From an uncultured bacterium (lineage in GTDB: Bacteria; Krumholzibacteriota; Krumholzibacteriia; Krumholzibacteriales; Krumholzibacteriaceae), in contig CBDUYR010000018.1 in the NCBI GenBank assembly GCA_965371515.1, positions 1 to 53,978 of the forward strand: a DNA stretch of 53,978 nucleotides, written 5' to 3'. Positions 29,614-39,443 of the stretch are shown here, piece after piece. The position numbers were made by a program, and so were the translations under genes. Below the pieces are notes generated by a model, which was given only the letters and a program-made list of their open reading frames with translations, made no database searches and was not told the origin of the DNA. Within the stretch, counting starts at the first letter, position 1, and each line of letters starts with the position of its first letter.

Positions 29614-30243
29614 TCAGCTCGTTCCCCACTCGTCGGAGAGGATAAAGGCTGCGCGGCAGTTGGGGCACATGATCTTCATGAAGCGGTCCCGCTCGAGCGA
29701 TTTCCTCTCGTTCGCCCCCGTATTCTCCTCCACCAGCCCGAGGTCCTTGTACTTCAGGACGTTGAGCGTCTGGTTGCCGAACGCCAGCTCGCCGAGCTGC
29801 CTCGAGCACCACCTCGCGTGATCTACGGCCGTTATAATCCCTCCGCAGTTCTCGCAGAAGAGAAGCTCTTTCTCGTGGGAATCGATGATGTCTTCCGGCT
29901 TGAAGACAGATTTCTCGAAATCGGGGTCGAGCTTGATCCCCTTGCCCGTGATGCAGTAGGCGTAGCACTGGCTGCAGAAGATACAGGAACCCCAGTCACG
30001 CTCTATGTAGCGGATCATCCTGCCCTCATCGTTCACCCGGTCGACTATCGTAATAGCGCCCGCCGGGCATACCTGGCCGCACGATCCGCAACCCACGCAA
30101 TCATCGGGCACGTATGTGGGGGTCCCCCTGAAGTGCTCCGGCATCACCGGCATCACCTTCGGGAACTTCGATGTGTACGGCCCCGTGAACAGGGCGGTCA
30201 TTGCCTCTTTCAGCTCTCTCAGCTTAGGTTTGCGAATCGCCAC
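29614..30243 (-). CDS. NuoI/MbhN/HycF-like 2x[4Fe-4S] subunit
   Basis: PYT.KFP..FRG.P; CVGCGSCGQVCP; CIFCSQCYAYC; extra CENC...CPNC pair; GTG start. Confidence 0.9.
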   Translation of the reverse strand: MAIRKPKLRELKEAMTALFTGPYTSKFPKVMPVMPEHFRGTPTYVPDDCVGCGSCGQVCPAGAITIVDRVNDEGRMIRYIERDWGSCIFCSQCYAYCITGKGIKLDPDFEKSVFKPEDIIDSHEKELLFCENCGGIITAVDHARWCSRQLGELAFGNQTLNVLKYKDLGLVEENTGANERKSLERDRFMKIMCPNCRAAFILSDEWGTS

Positions 30244-30274
30244 TTGAAAAACCCCCGATGTTCCAGCGCCTCTC

Positions 30275-30619
30275 TCAGGCTATATCCTCCGCGCCTTCCC
30301 TGTCGTCGGCGTACTTGTCCATGATGCTTCCTTCCCAGAGCCTGATCCCTGACCTGTGGGCGGCCCTGGCTATGGCATGAGCGCCTGTTGGCGATGTTAT
30401 CAGGACAAACCAGATGCAGAGCAGCGCCTTCGCGCTGATCGCGTTAAAACCGGTGTAAAAGACGACGCTGAGCAGGATCATGCACGTCCCGAGCGTCACG
30501 CACTTCGTCGCTGCCTGGAGGCGGTTATAGATGTCGGGCAGCCTGACAAGGCCGATACACCCGACGACGTCGAACGAGATGCCGATTATCAGCAGTATCA
30601 ATCCTATGATCTCATTCAT
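30275..30619 (-). CDS. Mrp/Mnh subunit G-like (MbhC)
   Basis: GLVRLPDIYNRLQAATK..TLG and TSPTGAHAIARAA motifs. Confidence 0.92.
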   Translation of the reverse strand: MNEIIGLILLIIGISFDVVGCIGLVRLPDIYNRLQAATKCVTLGTCMILLSVVFYTGFNAISAKALLCIWFVLITSPTGAHAIARAAHRSGIRLWEGSIMDKYADDREGAEDIA

Positions 30620-30866
30620 CGAAACCCCTCCCTTCGAGATATTTTGCCAGGGCGAGTGTCCCGATGAAGCTCAGGAGCGCCCATGATAATCCGATGTTCA
30701 TGTACAGGTCTTTCTTGGTGATGATCGAGTATATCGCGCAGAACCCTACAACGAGCGTCCCGAGTATGTCGATCGCCACCGTTCTGTCAGGTGCGGTCGG
30801 ACCTTTCCCTACTCTGTACAGACAGAGAAAGATACAGAAGACCAGCAGTGAGACGAATACGATCAC
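30612..30866 (-). CDS. Mrp/Mnh subunit F-like (MbhB)
   Basis: YRVGKGPTAPDRTVAID and LSFIGTLALAKYLEG motifs. Confidence 0.92.
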   Translation of the reverse strand: MIVFVSLLVFCIFLCLYRVGKGPTAPDRTVAIDILGTLVVGFCAIYSIITKKDLYMNIGLSWALLSFIGTLALAKYLEGRGFDE

Positions 30867-31351
30867 TCGAATACCCTTTCTAGCATTTGCTCAAAACGCT
30901 GAACGATGATCTCCGTTTCCCTTACGGCATCTTCGGAGATAATATTTATCCAGTGGATATAAAGATGATCCCCGACACAGTCGACGGTGAGCGTTCCCGG
31001 CGTAAGCGTGATCGAGTTGGCGAGGAAGGTCCTGGCCATGTCTGTCTTGAGCCTGGTCCTCACTTTCACGATCCCCGGCCGTATCGGCATGTTGATGTTC
31101 AGCACCCTGTATGCGACGTCGAAGTTCGCCTTGATCACGTAGCCGAGAAAAGTGACGGCGTATACTATAAACCAGAAGAAACGTACCGGGTTCAGGATCT
31201 TGACCGCGTTGACCGGGTAGATATCACCGAGCGTCATGTCGGCTATGAGCGCGATGATTATTCCGACCAGCAGGTCCTGCCAGTGCACCGACCATGTCAG
31301 CAGCACCCAGATCCCGAACAGCAACAGAATGTGAACGAAGCGTTTCATCAT
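30863..31351 (-). CDS. Mrp/Mnh subunit E-like (MbhA)
   Basis: KANFDVA, PGIV and LANSITLTPGTLTVD...LYIHWI motifs. Confidence 0.93.
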   Translation of the reverse strand: MMKRFVHILLLFGIWVLLTWSVHWQDLLVGIIIALIADMTLGDIYPVNAVKILNPVRFFWFIVYAVTFLGYVIKANFDVAYRVLNINMPIRPGIVKVRTRLKTDMARTFLANSITLTPGTLTVDCVGDHLYIHWINIISEDAVRETEIIVQRFEQMLERVFE

Positions 31352-31366
31352 CTACCTTTTCTTTTT

Positions 31367-32869
31367 CTACCCACCGATCAGATAGTTCATATATGCCATC
31401 TTGTCGAGGAGCGCATCCGCGGCCGAACCGAGCATCTGCCCCTCGATGGCCATGTATCCGATTCCCATCGCCAGGCATAGCGCTGCCAGCACAACGAGCG
31501 GCAGCACCATGGCAAACGGGGCTTCCCTGACATTGCTGAGCGATTCCGGGAGCTTCCCGAACAGCACTTCCTTCTGGAGCATCACGAAATATAACAGGGT
31601 TACGAACCCAACCGCTACGCCAACAGACCCATAGATCCAGTACCCGCCCCTGAAGAGGGCAAGGATGATGATCAGCTTGCTCCAGAAGCCGTTGAACGGC
31701 GGTATGCCGGCGATCGACAGTGAACCGATGGCGCACGCCGAGCCGGTAACCGGCATCTTTTTTATCAGTCCGCCGAGTTTTCCCAGGTCGCGCGTCCCCG
31801 TCCGGTACTCCACGGCGCCGGAGCAGAGGAAGAGCAGCGACTTGAACACGGCGTGATTCACGAGGTGGAACAGCCCTCCGATCAGGGCGAGCGAGGCTAC
31901 GACGAGTTCCGCCCCGGGCTTCAGGGCGAGCCCGATCGCGATCAGTACGTATCCCATCTGGCTGATCGACGAATAAGCGAGCATCCGCTTGAAGTCCTTC
32001 TGGCCGACCGCCAGCAGGCCTCCGACGACCATCGAGAGCGCCCCGAGGAACATGATGATCGCCGAGATAAGCTCGTTCTTGCCGACTATGTTGAACATAA
32101 TCCGCATTATCGTGTAGATGCCGAGCGCCTTGATCAGGACACCGGACAGCATGGCGGAGATCGGCGCCGGCGCACTCGGGTGTGCGTCTGGCAGCCAGGC
32201 GTGGAACGGAACGGCAGAGGCCTTCAGGCCGAAACCCATTATGAACAGGGCGACCACGAAGCCCACCGCCTTTGTCATGCCGATCACCTCGAGCTGTTGC
32301 GCCAGGTCCGGCATGTTCAGCGTCCCCGTGATCGAGTAGAGGAACGCGATGCCGAAGAGGACCGCCGCGCTGGCCACACCGCCGAGGACCAGGTACTTGA
32401 ACGACGCCTCGAGCTCTTTCTTCCCCGTCCCGAATCCCACCAGGGCGTACGAGGCGAGCGACGCGATCTCGAGGAAAACGTAGAGGTTGAACAAGTCGCC
32501 CGTGATGACAACGCCGTTCATCCCGGCGATCATCAGCATGTAGAGCGAGTAGTACTTCGGCTTGGCCGTGTAAGTCGTCATGTACTTCGTCGAAAAGATC
32601 ATGGCGAGCAGGCCGATCCCGTTGATAACGACCAGCATCAGGGAGCTGAGGCCGTCCGAGACGAGCATGATGCCTAAAGGCGGCCTCCAGTTGCCGACGG
32701 CGTAGATAAAGGGAGCCTCGAAGAGCATCAATACGGCCATCACAGCGAGTATCCCGGTCACGAGGAACGCGATATAGTCGCTCACCTTCATCGAGATCTT
32801 TGACAGGAGAAGGTTCAGAAACGCCGCCGCAAGCGGAATCGCCGTGAACAATGGATAATACGTCTGCAT
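31367..32869 (-). CDS. MrpD/MbhH-like ion-translocating antiporter subunit
   Basis: TGDLFNLYVFLEI, LEASFKYL, WLPDAHPSAPAPISAMLSG..IK, KRMLAYSSISQ, NHAVFKSLLF and PPFNGFWSK motifs. Confidence 0.93.
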   Translation of the reverse strand: MQTYYPLFTAIPLAAAFLNLLLSKISMKVSDYIAFLVTGILAVMAVLMLFEAPFIYAVGNWRPPLGIMLVSDGLSSLMLVVINGIGLLAMIFSTKYMTTYTAKPKYYSLYMLMIAGMNGVVITGDLFNLYVFLEIASLASYALVGFGTGKKELEASFKYLVLGGVASAAVLFGIAFLYSITGTLNMPDLAQQLEVIGMTKAVGFVVALFIMGFGLKASAVPFHAWLPDAHPSAPAPISAMLSGVLIKALGIYTIMRIMFNIVGKNELISAIIMFLGALSMVVGGLLAVGQKDFKRMLAYSSISQMGYVLIAIGLALKPGAELVVASLALIGGLFHLVNHAVFKSLLFLCSGAVEYRTGTRDLGKLGGLIKKMPVTGSACAIGSLSIAGIPPFNGFWSKLIIILALFRGGYWIYGSVGVAVGFVTLLYFVMLQKEVLFGKLPESLSNVREAPFAMVLPLVVLAALCLAMGIGYMAIEGQMLGSAADALLDKMAYMNYLIGG

Positions 32870-32879
32870 TTGACTCCTC

Positions 32880-33230
32880 TTATCCCTTAAGCGTGTTTAT
32901 CTTTGACATGTCGAACGTCTTGAACTTCTCGTACATCCTCAGACAGAGGGCCACCATGAGGGCCAGTGTTCCGAGGCCGATGACGATCGACGTGAGCACG
33001 AGGGCCTGCGGCAGGGGATCTACGCCCTTCTGCACGAGCTCCTCGGTCTGCATACCTTTCAGAAGAATGGGCGCGATACCGCCACTTCTGTATCCCACGA
33101 GAACCAGGAAGAGGTTGATGGAATATTCGATGATGACGATCCCGATGATCTTCTTGATGATATTTTTTTTAGCGACGAGACAGTACAGCCCCATTACAAA
33201 AAGCACCATTGAAAGAAAATACAGGATCAT
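32880..33230 (-). CDS. MrpC/MbhG-like (NuoK-like) subunit
   Basis: KNIIKKIIG and DPLPQALVLTSIVIG motifs. Confidence 0.93.
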   Translation of the reverse strand: MILYFLSMVLFVMGLYCLVAKKNIIKKIIGIVIIEYSINLFLVLVGYRSGGIAPILLKGMQTEELVQKGVDPLPQALVLTSIVIGLGTLALMVALCLRMYEKFKTFDMSKINTLKG

Positions 33231-33233
33231 CCG

Positions 33234-33731
33234 CTATTCCTCGCTTTCCGTTTCTTCGCCCTCTGCGGCCTTGTAAATGATCCTTCCGAATATCGAGAGG
33301 GCCATAAATATCGCGAAGACCGACGCCGTTACCTTCACGCCGATCGCTATGTTCGACAGGAGGATCGAGCCGGCACTGAACAGATGGAACGCCTCTCCCT
33401 TAGGGAGGAAGTTGTAAAAGAAATACCCGCCCGTAAAGCCCAGCAGCCCTATGATCACGAACGCGAGCGCACCCGAATTATCGAGGATCGAGGCCCCCGT
33501 GTTACTCATCTTGCTCAGGCCCATCTCCTTGCCGAAGGCCAGCGTCAGGAGGACGTAGGCGGATGCGAGGATCACACCGCCGGCGAATCCGCCGCCCGGC
33601 GTGAGGTGCCCGTAAAGAACGACATAGGCCCCGAAGATGACAATGATCCCCATCACGAACCTGACGATAGTCTTGACTATAGGGGTCATCCCTTTGCTCG
33701 TGTCCTTGATTTTCTGTTCGAGTCTGTCCAT
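33234..33731 (-). CDS. MrpB/MbhF-like subunit
   Basis: YGHLTPGGGFAGG motif; about four TM segments. Confidence 0.9.
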   Translation of the reverse strand: MDRLEQKIKDTSKGMTPIVKTIVRFVMGIIVIFGAYVVLYGHLTPGGGFAGGVILASAYVLLTLAFGKEMGLSKMSNTGASILDNSGALAFVIIGLLGFTGGYFFYNFLPKGEAFHLFSAGSILLSNIAIGVKVTASVFAIFMALSIFGRIIYKAAEGEETESEE

Positions 33732-33741
33732 TTAGCGCTCC

Positions 33742-34335
33742 CTAGAACCCCTCGAAGTTCTTCTTGATATCCTCGTCCTCGAGTATGCCGAATTTCTCTT
33801 TGTCGACATCGGCCTTGCCCTTGCGGCCTTTTCTCCTCAGGATGACGAAGGCGCCGATTATCGAGGTGAACAGGACGGTCGCCTCGCCGAGCGTATCGTA
33901 GGCCCTGAAGTCGAGGAGTATGGCGGTCACGACATTCATCGCGCCGGTTTTTTCCGGCCCCGTCCTGAGGTATTCCTTCGACACCTTCATAATGGGTTCG
34001 CCGAACTTCGGGATTTCCTGAACCGCGAAAAAGGCGAACATCAGGAAGAGTCCGAAGAAAATGAGGCTCGAAACGAACGGGAAGGTGTCCCTCGGGCCTT
34101 CGATAGCGGTATTGTCGGTCGTGATCGTCGCCCTGATCAAAACGACCAGGATGAGGATCTCGACCACGACCTGTGTAATCGCGATATCCGGCGCCCCGAG
34201 CATCAGGAAGATGATACTGAGGCTGAACCCGACGACGCCGACCGAGATGACCGAAGAAAGCAGGTTCTTGGTCTCGATCGCGATAATCGAACCGATTATC
34301 ATGAACACCAGCAATAAAAGGAGAATGATCTCCAT
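33742..34335 (-). CDS. MbhD+MbhE-like fused subunit (DUF4040 plus MrpA-C/MrpB-N region)
   Basis: LGAPDIAITQVVVE and NVVTAILLDFRAYDTLGEATVLF motifs. Confidence 0.88.
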   Translation of the reverse strand: MEIILLLLLVFMIIGSIIAIETKNLLSSVISVGVVGFSLSIIFLMLGAPDIAITQVVVEILILVVLIRATITTDNTAIEGPRDTFPFVSSLIFFGLFLMFAFFAVQEIPKFGEPIMKVSKEYLRTGPEKTGAMNVVTAILLDFRAYDTLGEATVLFTSIIGAFVILRRKGRKGKADVDKEKFGILEDEDIKKNFEGF

Positions 34336-34360
34336 CCGTATACCTTTCCCTCTTCGTTTG

Positions 34361-36229
34361 CTACAAGGCGAACATAAGCACGAACGTCAGCGCTCCCAGC
34401 CCTATGATGACCCAGGACAGGTACGTCGACAGGATGCCGTTGTGCAGGCCCCTCAGCACCTGGACGATGTTGAACCCGATTTTGCCCCAGATGTTGTAGA
34501 CGTCCATGGCGCCTTCCTGCCCGTCCCTGAACAGGGCGGTCCAGGCGGGGTTCAGGTCGTCTGTTACAGTCTTATAGAAATCCGTGCCGGGGATCCTCAT
34601 CTCCTCGTTGTCCAGGATGTTTCCCCCGATCCACACGTTTTCATCAATGCGCACGCGTTTCGTCCTGCCGAACGCGTATATGATCAGTCCGACGATCACC
34701 CCGACGGCCATGAGGACCGTCGCCGCCACGGGGTTCCAGTATCCCGAAGCTGTGCTGACCGTCATCTCCTGGATGCTCACTCCCGTCGAACCTGCCACAC
34801 TCGGAGTTATGAATTTCTCGAGCGGCAGCTTCGCGTAGATGCCGAAGACTATGCAGAGGATCGCGAGGAATATCATCGGCACCTGCATGGTGAAGCCCGC
34901 CTCGCGCACGCCGTCGAACTTCTCCTGGCGCCTTCCGAGGAAGACTGAGTGCAGGACCTTGACGAACGAGGCGAGAGTCAATGCGCTTCCGAACACGGCC
35001 ACAATGAGGAATATGACGTTGTAGCCGGGACCCTCGAGCATCCCCTGGTAGACGAGCCACTTCGATACGAATCCGTTGAAAGGCGGCACACCGGAGATAG
35101 CCAGGGCCGCCACGAGGGTCGTGAGGAAGGTGACCGGCATCAGTCTCGCCAGCCCTCCGAGTTCTTCGAGGTTGGTTGTTCCGGCCCTCTTTTCGATCGC
35201 TCCGGCGGCAAGGAAGAGCCCGCTCTTGTATATCGCGTTGTTCAGCATGTGGAACAGTCCGCCTACAATCGCCACCGGTATCCCGCTGCCTACGCCGAGC
35301 ACCATGTACCCGACCTGACTGACCGCGTGGAAGGAGAGCAGTTTCTTGAAATCGTGCTGTACGAGCGCCATGAGAACGGCGAACAGTATCGTGACCGATC
35401 CGACGATCATCATCATCAGCGAGAGGCCCGAGCCGGTCCTGATCGAGAAGATGTCGAGCGAGATCCTCGCAAGCAGGTAGATCCCGAGCAGCTTGTCGAG
35501 AGCGGCTGGCAGGAACGCCATCGTCGGGGCAGGTGTCGACTTCGCCATCGCTGGCACCCACGAGTGCAGCGGCATCGCCCCGGCCTTCGCTATCGCTCCG
35601 ACGAAGAGGAGCAGGAAGGCTACCACTCCCGTCGTCGTGCCCGTCGAGATGCTGAGCGCCGAGATCGAGAGGGTCCCGTAGACGAGCCAGATGACAATCA
35701 CGCCGAGGAACATCGCTGCGTCGCTGAATCCGAGGATCGTGAAACACTTCTGCGCCGCCGTCTCGGCCCCATCCCCACCCATGTTGACCAGGAGGTAGAG
35801 AAGCAGCGTCAGTATCTCCCAGCATACGAGCAGCAGGAGAAGATTGTCGGAGAGCACGGCGCACGCGGCCGCCGAGAGCGTCCAGAGGATGTATGTATAG
35901 TATATCCCCGGGGTCTCCCTGTCCTTGAACCAGTACCCTATCGAATAGAGTATTATCAGAACGCCGAACAGCGCTATGAACAGAAGCACGAACGAGTTGA
36001 ACCCGTAGAGTCTCAGCGCAAAATCGAAATGGAAGACGTCGCCCATAGTGAAGACTGTCCTGAAGTATTCGGATTCGCCTACCCCGAACAGCTTGACCGT
36101 CTTGACGAACATCCACACGGACGATATCAACGCGATAATTCCGGCTGGCAGCCGCGCTTTCTTCGGAAAGAAGAGAGTCACGGCGCCCATCACTGCCGGC
36201 ATGACGATTATGTACAGAAGCTCATGCAT
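34361..36229 (-). CDS. Second antiporter-like subunit (NuoL/MrpA-N/HyfB/MbxH'-like) with C-terminal extension
   Basis: WEIL, AKAGAMPLHSW, KKLLSFHAVSQVGYM, GVPPFNGFVSKW; ends with LHNG.L..Y.SW plus a TM helix as in NuoL-type tails. Confidence 0.9.
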   Translation of the reverse strand: MHELLYIIVMPAVMGAVTLFFPKKARLPAGIIALISSVWMFVKTVKLFGVGESEYFRTVFTMGDVFHFDFALRLYGFNSFVLLFIALFGVLIILYSIGYWFKDRETPGIYYTYILWTLSAAACAVLSDNLLLLLVCWEILTLLLYLLVNMGGDGAETAAQKCFTILGFSDAAMFLGVIVIWLVYGTLSISALSISTGTTTGVVAFLLLFVGAIAKAGAMPLHSWVPAMAKSTPAPTMAFLPAALDKLLGIYLLARISLDIFSIRTGSGLSLMMMIVGSVTILFAVLMALVQHDFKKLLSFHAVSQVGYMVLGVGSGIPVAIVGGLFHMLNNAIYKSGLFLAAGAIEKRAGTTNLEELGGLARLMPVTFLTTLVAALAISGVPPFNGFVSKWLVYQGMLEGPGYNVIFLIVAVFGSALTLASFVKVLHSVFLGRRQEKFDGVREAGFTMQVPMIFLAILCIVFGIYAKLPLEKFITPSVAGSTGVSIQEMTVSTASGYWNPVAATVLMAVGVIVGLIIYAFGRTKRVRIDENVWIGGNILDNEEMRIPGTDFYKTVTDDLNPAWTALFRDGQEGAMDVYNIWGKIGFNIVQVLRGLHNGILSTYLSWVIIGLGALTFVLMFAL

Positions 36230-36264
36230 GCGTTCATCTCCGCTACGCGTAAATAAGTGTTACG

Positions 36265-37470
36265 TTACTTTCCCAGTTGCCTGCGGATCTCCTCTGTCTT
36301 CTCCGCTGACAGCCTTATCAGGTCTCCCTCCGAGAGAACGTATCTCTCGCCTGAATTAACATCGACTCGTCCAACACGCTCGGTGCACGAGTAACAGGGA
36401 TCGACGGCAGCCGTGATCAGGCCTGCGTCGGCTACAGTGTTGCCCGGCACGCTCACCTCGTTCGTCAGGATGTTGTTGAAGCTCGGGGCCCGGATCTTGT
36501 GCCTCATCGGTGTGTTCTTGCCATTCGAACGTATGTAGTGAAGCACCTCGCCGCGGGGGGCCTCGTAAACTCCGATGCCCTCGCCGGGCGGTATCTCGCC
36601 TATCTCCAGACAGAGCTCGCCGTCGTCCTTCATCGGACCCATCTCCTCGAGCTTGTCGAGGCACTGCCTGATGATCTTGACCGATTCGAAGTTCTCGAGC
36701 TGTCTCACGACGGCCTTGTCGAAGACGTCTCCGTTCTCGCAGACGATCACGTCGAAATCGAGCTCTCCGTACGCGTCGATCGGATGATCGCGCCTGGCGT
36801 CTACGTCGTATCCTCCCGCCCTGGCCGTCGGACCGAGCGCTCCGTAGAGGCGGCACTGTTCCTTGTTGAAGATCCCGACGGTCTTCAGTCTCGCGTGAAT
36901 GACCGGATCGTCGATGATCGCCTTGGTGAGCATATCGTTCTTTTCCCAGAGAGCATCGAGCATCTTGCGGATGTTCCCGTATTCCTCGGGCGGGATGTCG
37001 CGCCTGACGCCGCCGATGCGCATCATCGCGTAATGGTTCCTGTTGCCCGTCACTGCCTCGAGAATGTCGAGAAGGGGCTCGCGGTACTTCCAGCACCACA
37101 TGAATACCGTGTTGTACCCGATGAAATGGCCCGCCAGGCCCGTCCAGAGCAGGTGGCTGTGCAGCCTCTCCAGCTCGGCGGTGATGATCCTGATGTACTG
37201 GGCGCGTTTCGGGACCTCGACCTGCAGCAGGTCCTCGACTGCCTTGACATAGGCGTACGGATGGGAGCACGAGCAGATGCCGCAGACCCTCTCTACGAGG
37301 AAGGGCACCTGGTCCCAGGTCTTCGACTCGGAAAGAAGCTCGATCCCCCTGTGGCTCCAGCCGATCGTCATGTCGATATCTACCACGTTCTCCCCGTCGA
37401 CGTGGAGCTCGAAGAACTCGGGTTCCTCGAGAATCGGGTGGAACGGGCCGATCGGGATCTTTTTAACCAT
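36265..37470 (-). CDS. Group 4 [NiFe]-hydrogenase large subunit
   Basis: GPFHP.LEEP, HRGIE; L1 ERVCGIC and L2 DPCYSCTER with all four Cys; EAPRGE; 36-aa tail after the Arg. Confidence 0.94.
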   Translation of the reverse strand: MVKKIPIGPFHPILEEPEFFELHVDGENVVDIDMTIGWSHRGIELLSESKTWDQVPFLVERVCGICSCSHPYAYVKAVEDLLQVEVPKRAQYIRIITAELERLHSHLLWTGLAGHFIGYNTVFMWCWKYREPLLDILEAVTGNRNHYAMMRIGGVRRDIPPEEYGNIRKMLDALWEKNDMLTKAIIDDPVIHARLKTVGIFNKEQCRLYGALGPTARAGGYDVDARRDHPIDAYGELDFDVIVCENGDVFDKAVVRQLENFESVKIIRQCLDKLEEMGPMKDDGELCLEIGEIPPGEGIGVYEAPRGEVLHYIRSNGKNTPMRHKIRAPSFNNILTNEVSVPGNTVADAGLITAAVDPCYSCTERVGRVDVNSGERYVLSEGDLIRLSAEKTEEIRRQLGK

Positions 37471-37517
37471 TTCTGTTCACCTCTTTATCAACACAGCCTT
37501 GCAGGCTTGAAATTCTC

Positions 37518-38039
37518 TTACGGATTCTGTCCCTTCAGGGGTTTTCCCGCCACCTCGTCGGCTCTCTTCCGGCCATCGAGCTTCACGCGGGACATCTCGT
37601 GCTTGCACTTGTTCTCCCTCTTGTGAGGATAGAAGTCGGCAGGCCTCGTATCCGACCGCAGGACGGGCCTGAGGTCGGGGTGGTTCCTGAAGTTGACCTC
37701 GTACATCTCGAATATCTCCCGTTCGATCCATTTCGCGCCGGGTATTATCGGCGAGATCGAATCGAGCTCCGGATGAGGCTTGTTCGCGAACGTCTTTACG
37801 GTCACGTAGTACCCCTCGCGATCGAAGGGGAAAAAGAACATCACCTCGACGCCGTCGCGGTCGTCGACTGCGACGCCCGTGTCGAACCTCGCGTCGAGAT
37901 CGTTGAACAGGAACGAGGCGAGATCGACCCAGATCTCGTTCTCTGCATATATATAGACTCTCTTTTCCGACCGCTCGGCTATCTGTACCTTGTCGCCGAA
38001 TTTCTCCGCGATCCTTTTCTTTACTTCTTCCTTTTCCAT
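37518..38039 (-). CDS. NuoC/MbhK-like subunit
   Basis: SISPIIPGAKWIEREIFEMYEV.F..HPDLR motif. Confidence 0.9.
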   Translation of the reverse strand: MEKEEVKKRIAEKFGDKVQIAERSEKRVYIYAENEIWVDLASFLFNDLDARFDTGVAVDDRDGVEVMFFFPFDREGYYVTVKTFANKPHPELDSISPIIPGAKWIEREIFEMYEVNFRNHPDLRPVLRSDTRPADFYPHKRENKCKHEMSRVKLDGRKRADEVAGKPLKGQNP

Positions 38040-38067
38040 ATTTCCGGTTTCCCCGTGTTCGTCTTCC

Positions 38068-38481
38068 TTAAAGCGTTCCCAGTACCTTCACTACCCCCGC
38101 TATGATCGTTTCCGGCTTGGGGGGACAGCCGGGGACATACGCATCGACCGGGAGGAACTTGTCTACCGGTCCGATAATATTGTATCCGTCGCGGAAGATG
38201 CCGCAGCGGCATCCGCACGCCCCGATCACGATGACCTTGATCGGCTTCGGCGCCTGCTCGTACAGCCGCTTCAGGCGGGGCAGGATATTGCGCGTTACCG
38301 GGCCGCTGATGAGCAGCACGTCGGCGTGCCTGATGCTGCCCACGAGCAGGATGCCGAACCGCTCGATGTCGAACCTCGGCGTAAGAGCGTCGAGGATCTC
38401 TATGTCGCAGTTGTTGCACGCACCGGTGTTCACGTGAAAGACCCAGGGCGATTTCTTTAATGCTTTGAGCGCCAGTGACAT
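38068..38481 (-). CDS. Group 4 hydrogenase small subunit (NuoB/MbhJ-like)
   Basis: TGACNNCDIE, RHADVL, GAC and YVPGCPPKPE motifs. Confidence 0.94.
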   Translation of the reverse strand: MSLALKALKKSPWVFHVNTGACNNCDIEILDALTPRFDIERFGILLVGSIRHADVLLISGPVTRNILPRLKRLYEQAPKPIKVIVIGACGCRCGIFRDGYNIIGPVDKFLPVDAYVPGCPPKPETIIAGVVKVLGTL

Positions 38482-38498
38482 TTACAAGCCTCCGCGAC

Positions 38499-39431
38499 CT
38501 AGTACCCCAGCACCGCCAGGATCATTGCTATTATCGAAAGTACAAGCATCGGACCCCAGAAGAACCGCACTGCCTGGTCGATCCTCACCCTGGGGTTCGT
38601 ATTCTTAATAAGTACCATTATCGTTACTATAGCGACATACTTGAGGATCGTCGTGAGTATCCTCCAGCCGTCTAACGAGACACCGCCCCAGAACAGCGTG
38701 ATGATGAAGACCGGCACAACGAAGAACATTATGCCCATGTTCAGCTTCACGACGGCGAGCGGGGCGCCTGAATACTCGATATGGGTGCCTCCGGCCAGCT
38801 CCGTCTCCGCCTCGGGGATATCGAAGGGAAGCATCCCACACTTCGCCTGGGCGCAGAATATCGCGACGATGAACGCGATCACTCCCGAAGCGCTTCCAAG
38901 CATGACTCCGTTTGCGCTCTGGTAGCCGAGTATCTCCTCGAAGGAGAAGCTGCCGACCTTGTATACCGTCGTCATCATGACGATAACGAGAGGCAGTTCG
39001 TAGGCGAAGATCAGCTTCATCTCACGGGCGGCTCCGAGAATTCCCAGCGGGTTGCCCGAGGCGCTCGCTCCGATGATCATCGAGATCGCAGGGATCGTCA
39101 TGATATAGAGGACGACTATCGCGTCGCCGATAAATGACGACGAAGGATAGAGGTTGACCATCCACAGGATCGTCGAAGCCAGAGTGGCCGCGGCGAGGCC
39201 GACTACGGGAGCGAGTAGAAATCCGGTCGCCTTGGCCCCGGCGGGGACAATGACTTCCTTCCCGAGCAGCTTCACCATGTCGGCGAACGGCTGGTACCAG
39301 GGAGGCCCTACCCTCCAGTGCACCCTCGCGGTGACCTTGCGGTCCACCCACGTCGCCAGGAGGCCGGCTACCGCCGTGAATAGAAACCCGGGAAATATCA
39401 GATAGTTGAACAGATATTTCGCAGCGTCCAT
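38499..39431 (-). CDS. NuoH/MbhM-like membrane subunit
   Basis: DRKVTARV..RVGPP..QPFAD..KLL.KE; PFDIPEAETEL..G...EYSG; PRVRIDQA. Confidence 0.94.
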   Translation of the reverse strand: MDAAKYLFNYLIFPGFLFTAVAGLLATWVDRKVTARVHWRVGPPWYQPFADMVKLLGKEVIVPAGAKATGFLLAPVVGLAAATLASTILWMVNLYPSSSFIGDAIVVLYIMTIPAISMIIGASASGNPLGILGAAREMKLIFAYELPLVIVMMTTVYKVGSFSFEEILGYQSANGVMLGSASGVIAFIVAIFCAQAKCGMLPFDIPEAETELAGGTHIEYSGAPLAVVKLNMGIMFFVVPVFIITLFWGGVSLDGWRILTTILKYVAIVTIMVLIKNTNPRVRIDQAVRFFWGPMLVLSIIAMILAVLGY

Positions 39432-39443
39432 AGGTCCTCTCCG

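Noticed and set aside
29614..39431. Complex I, or the NiFe-less Mbx/Ehr complex
   Set aside because: The large subunit keeps both CxxC motifs, has a cleavable tail, and a HycI gene is present
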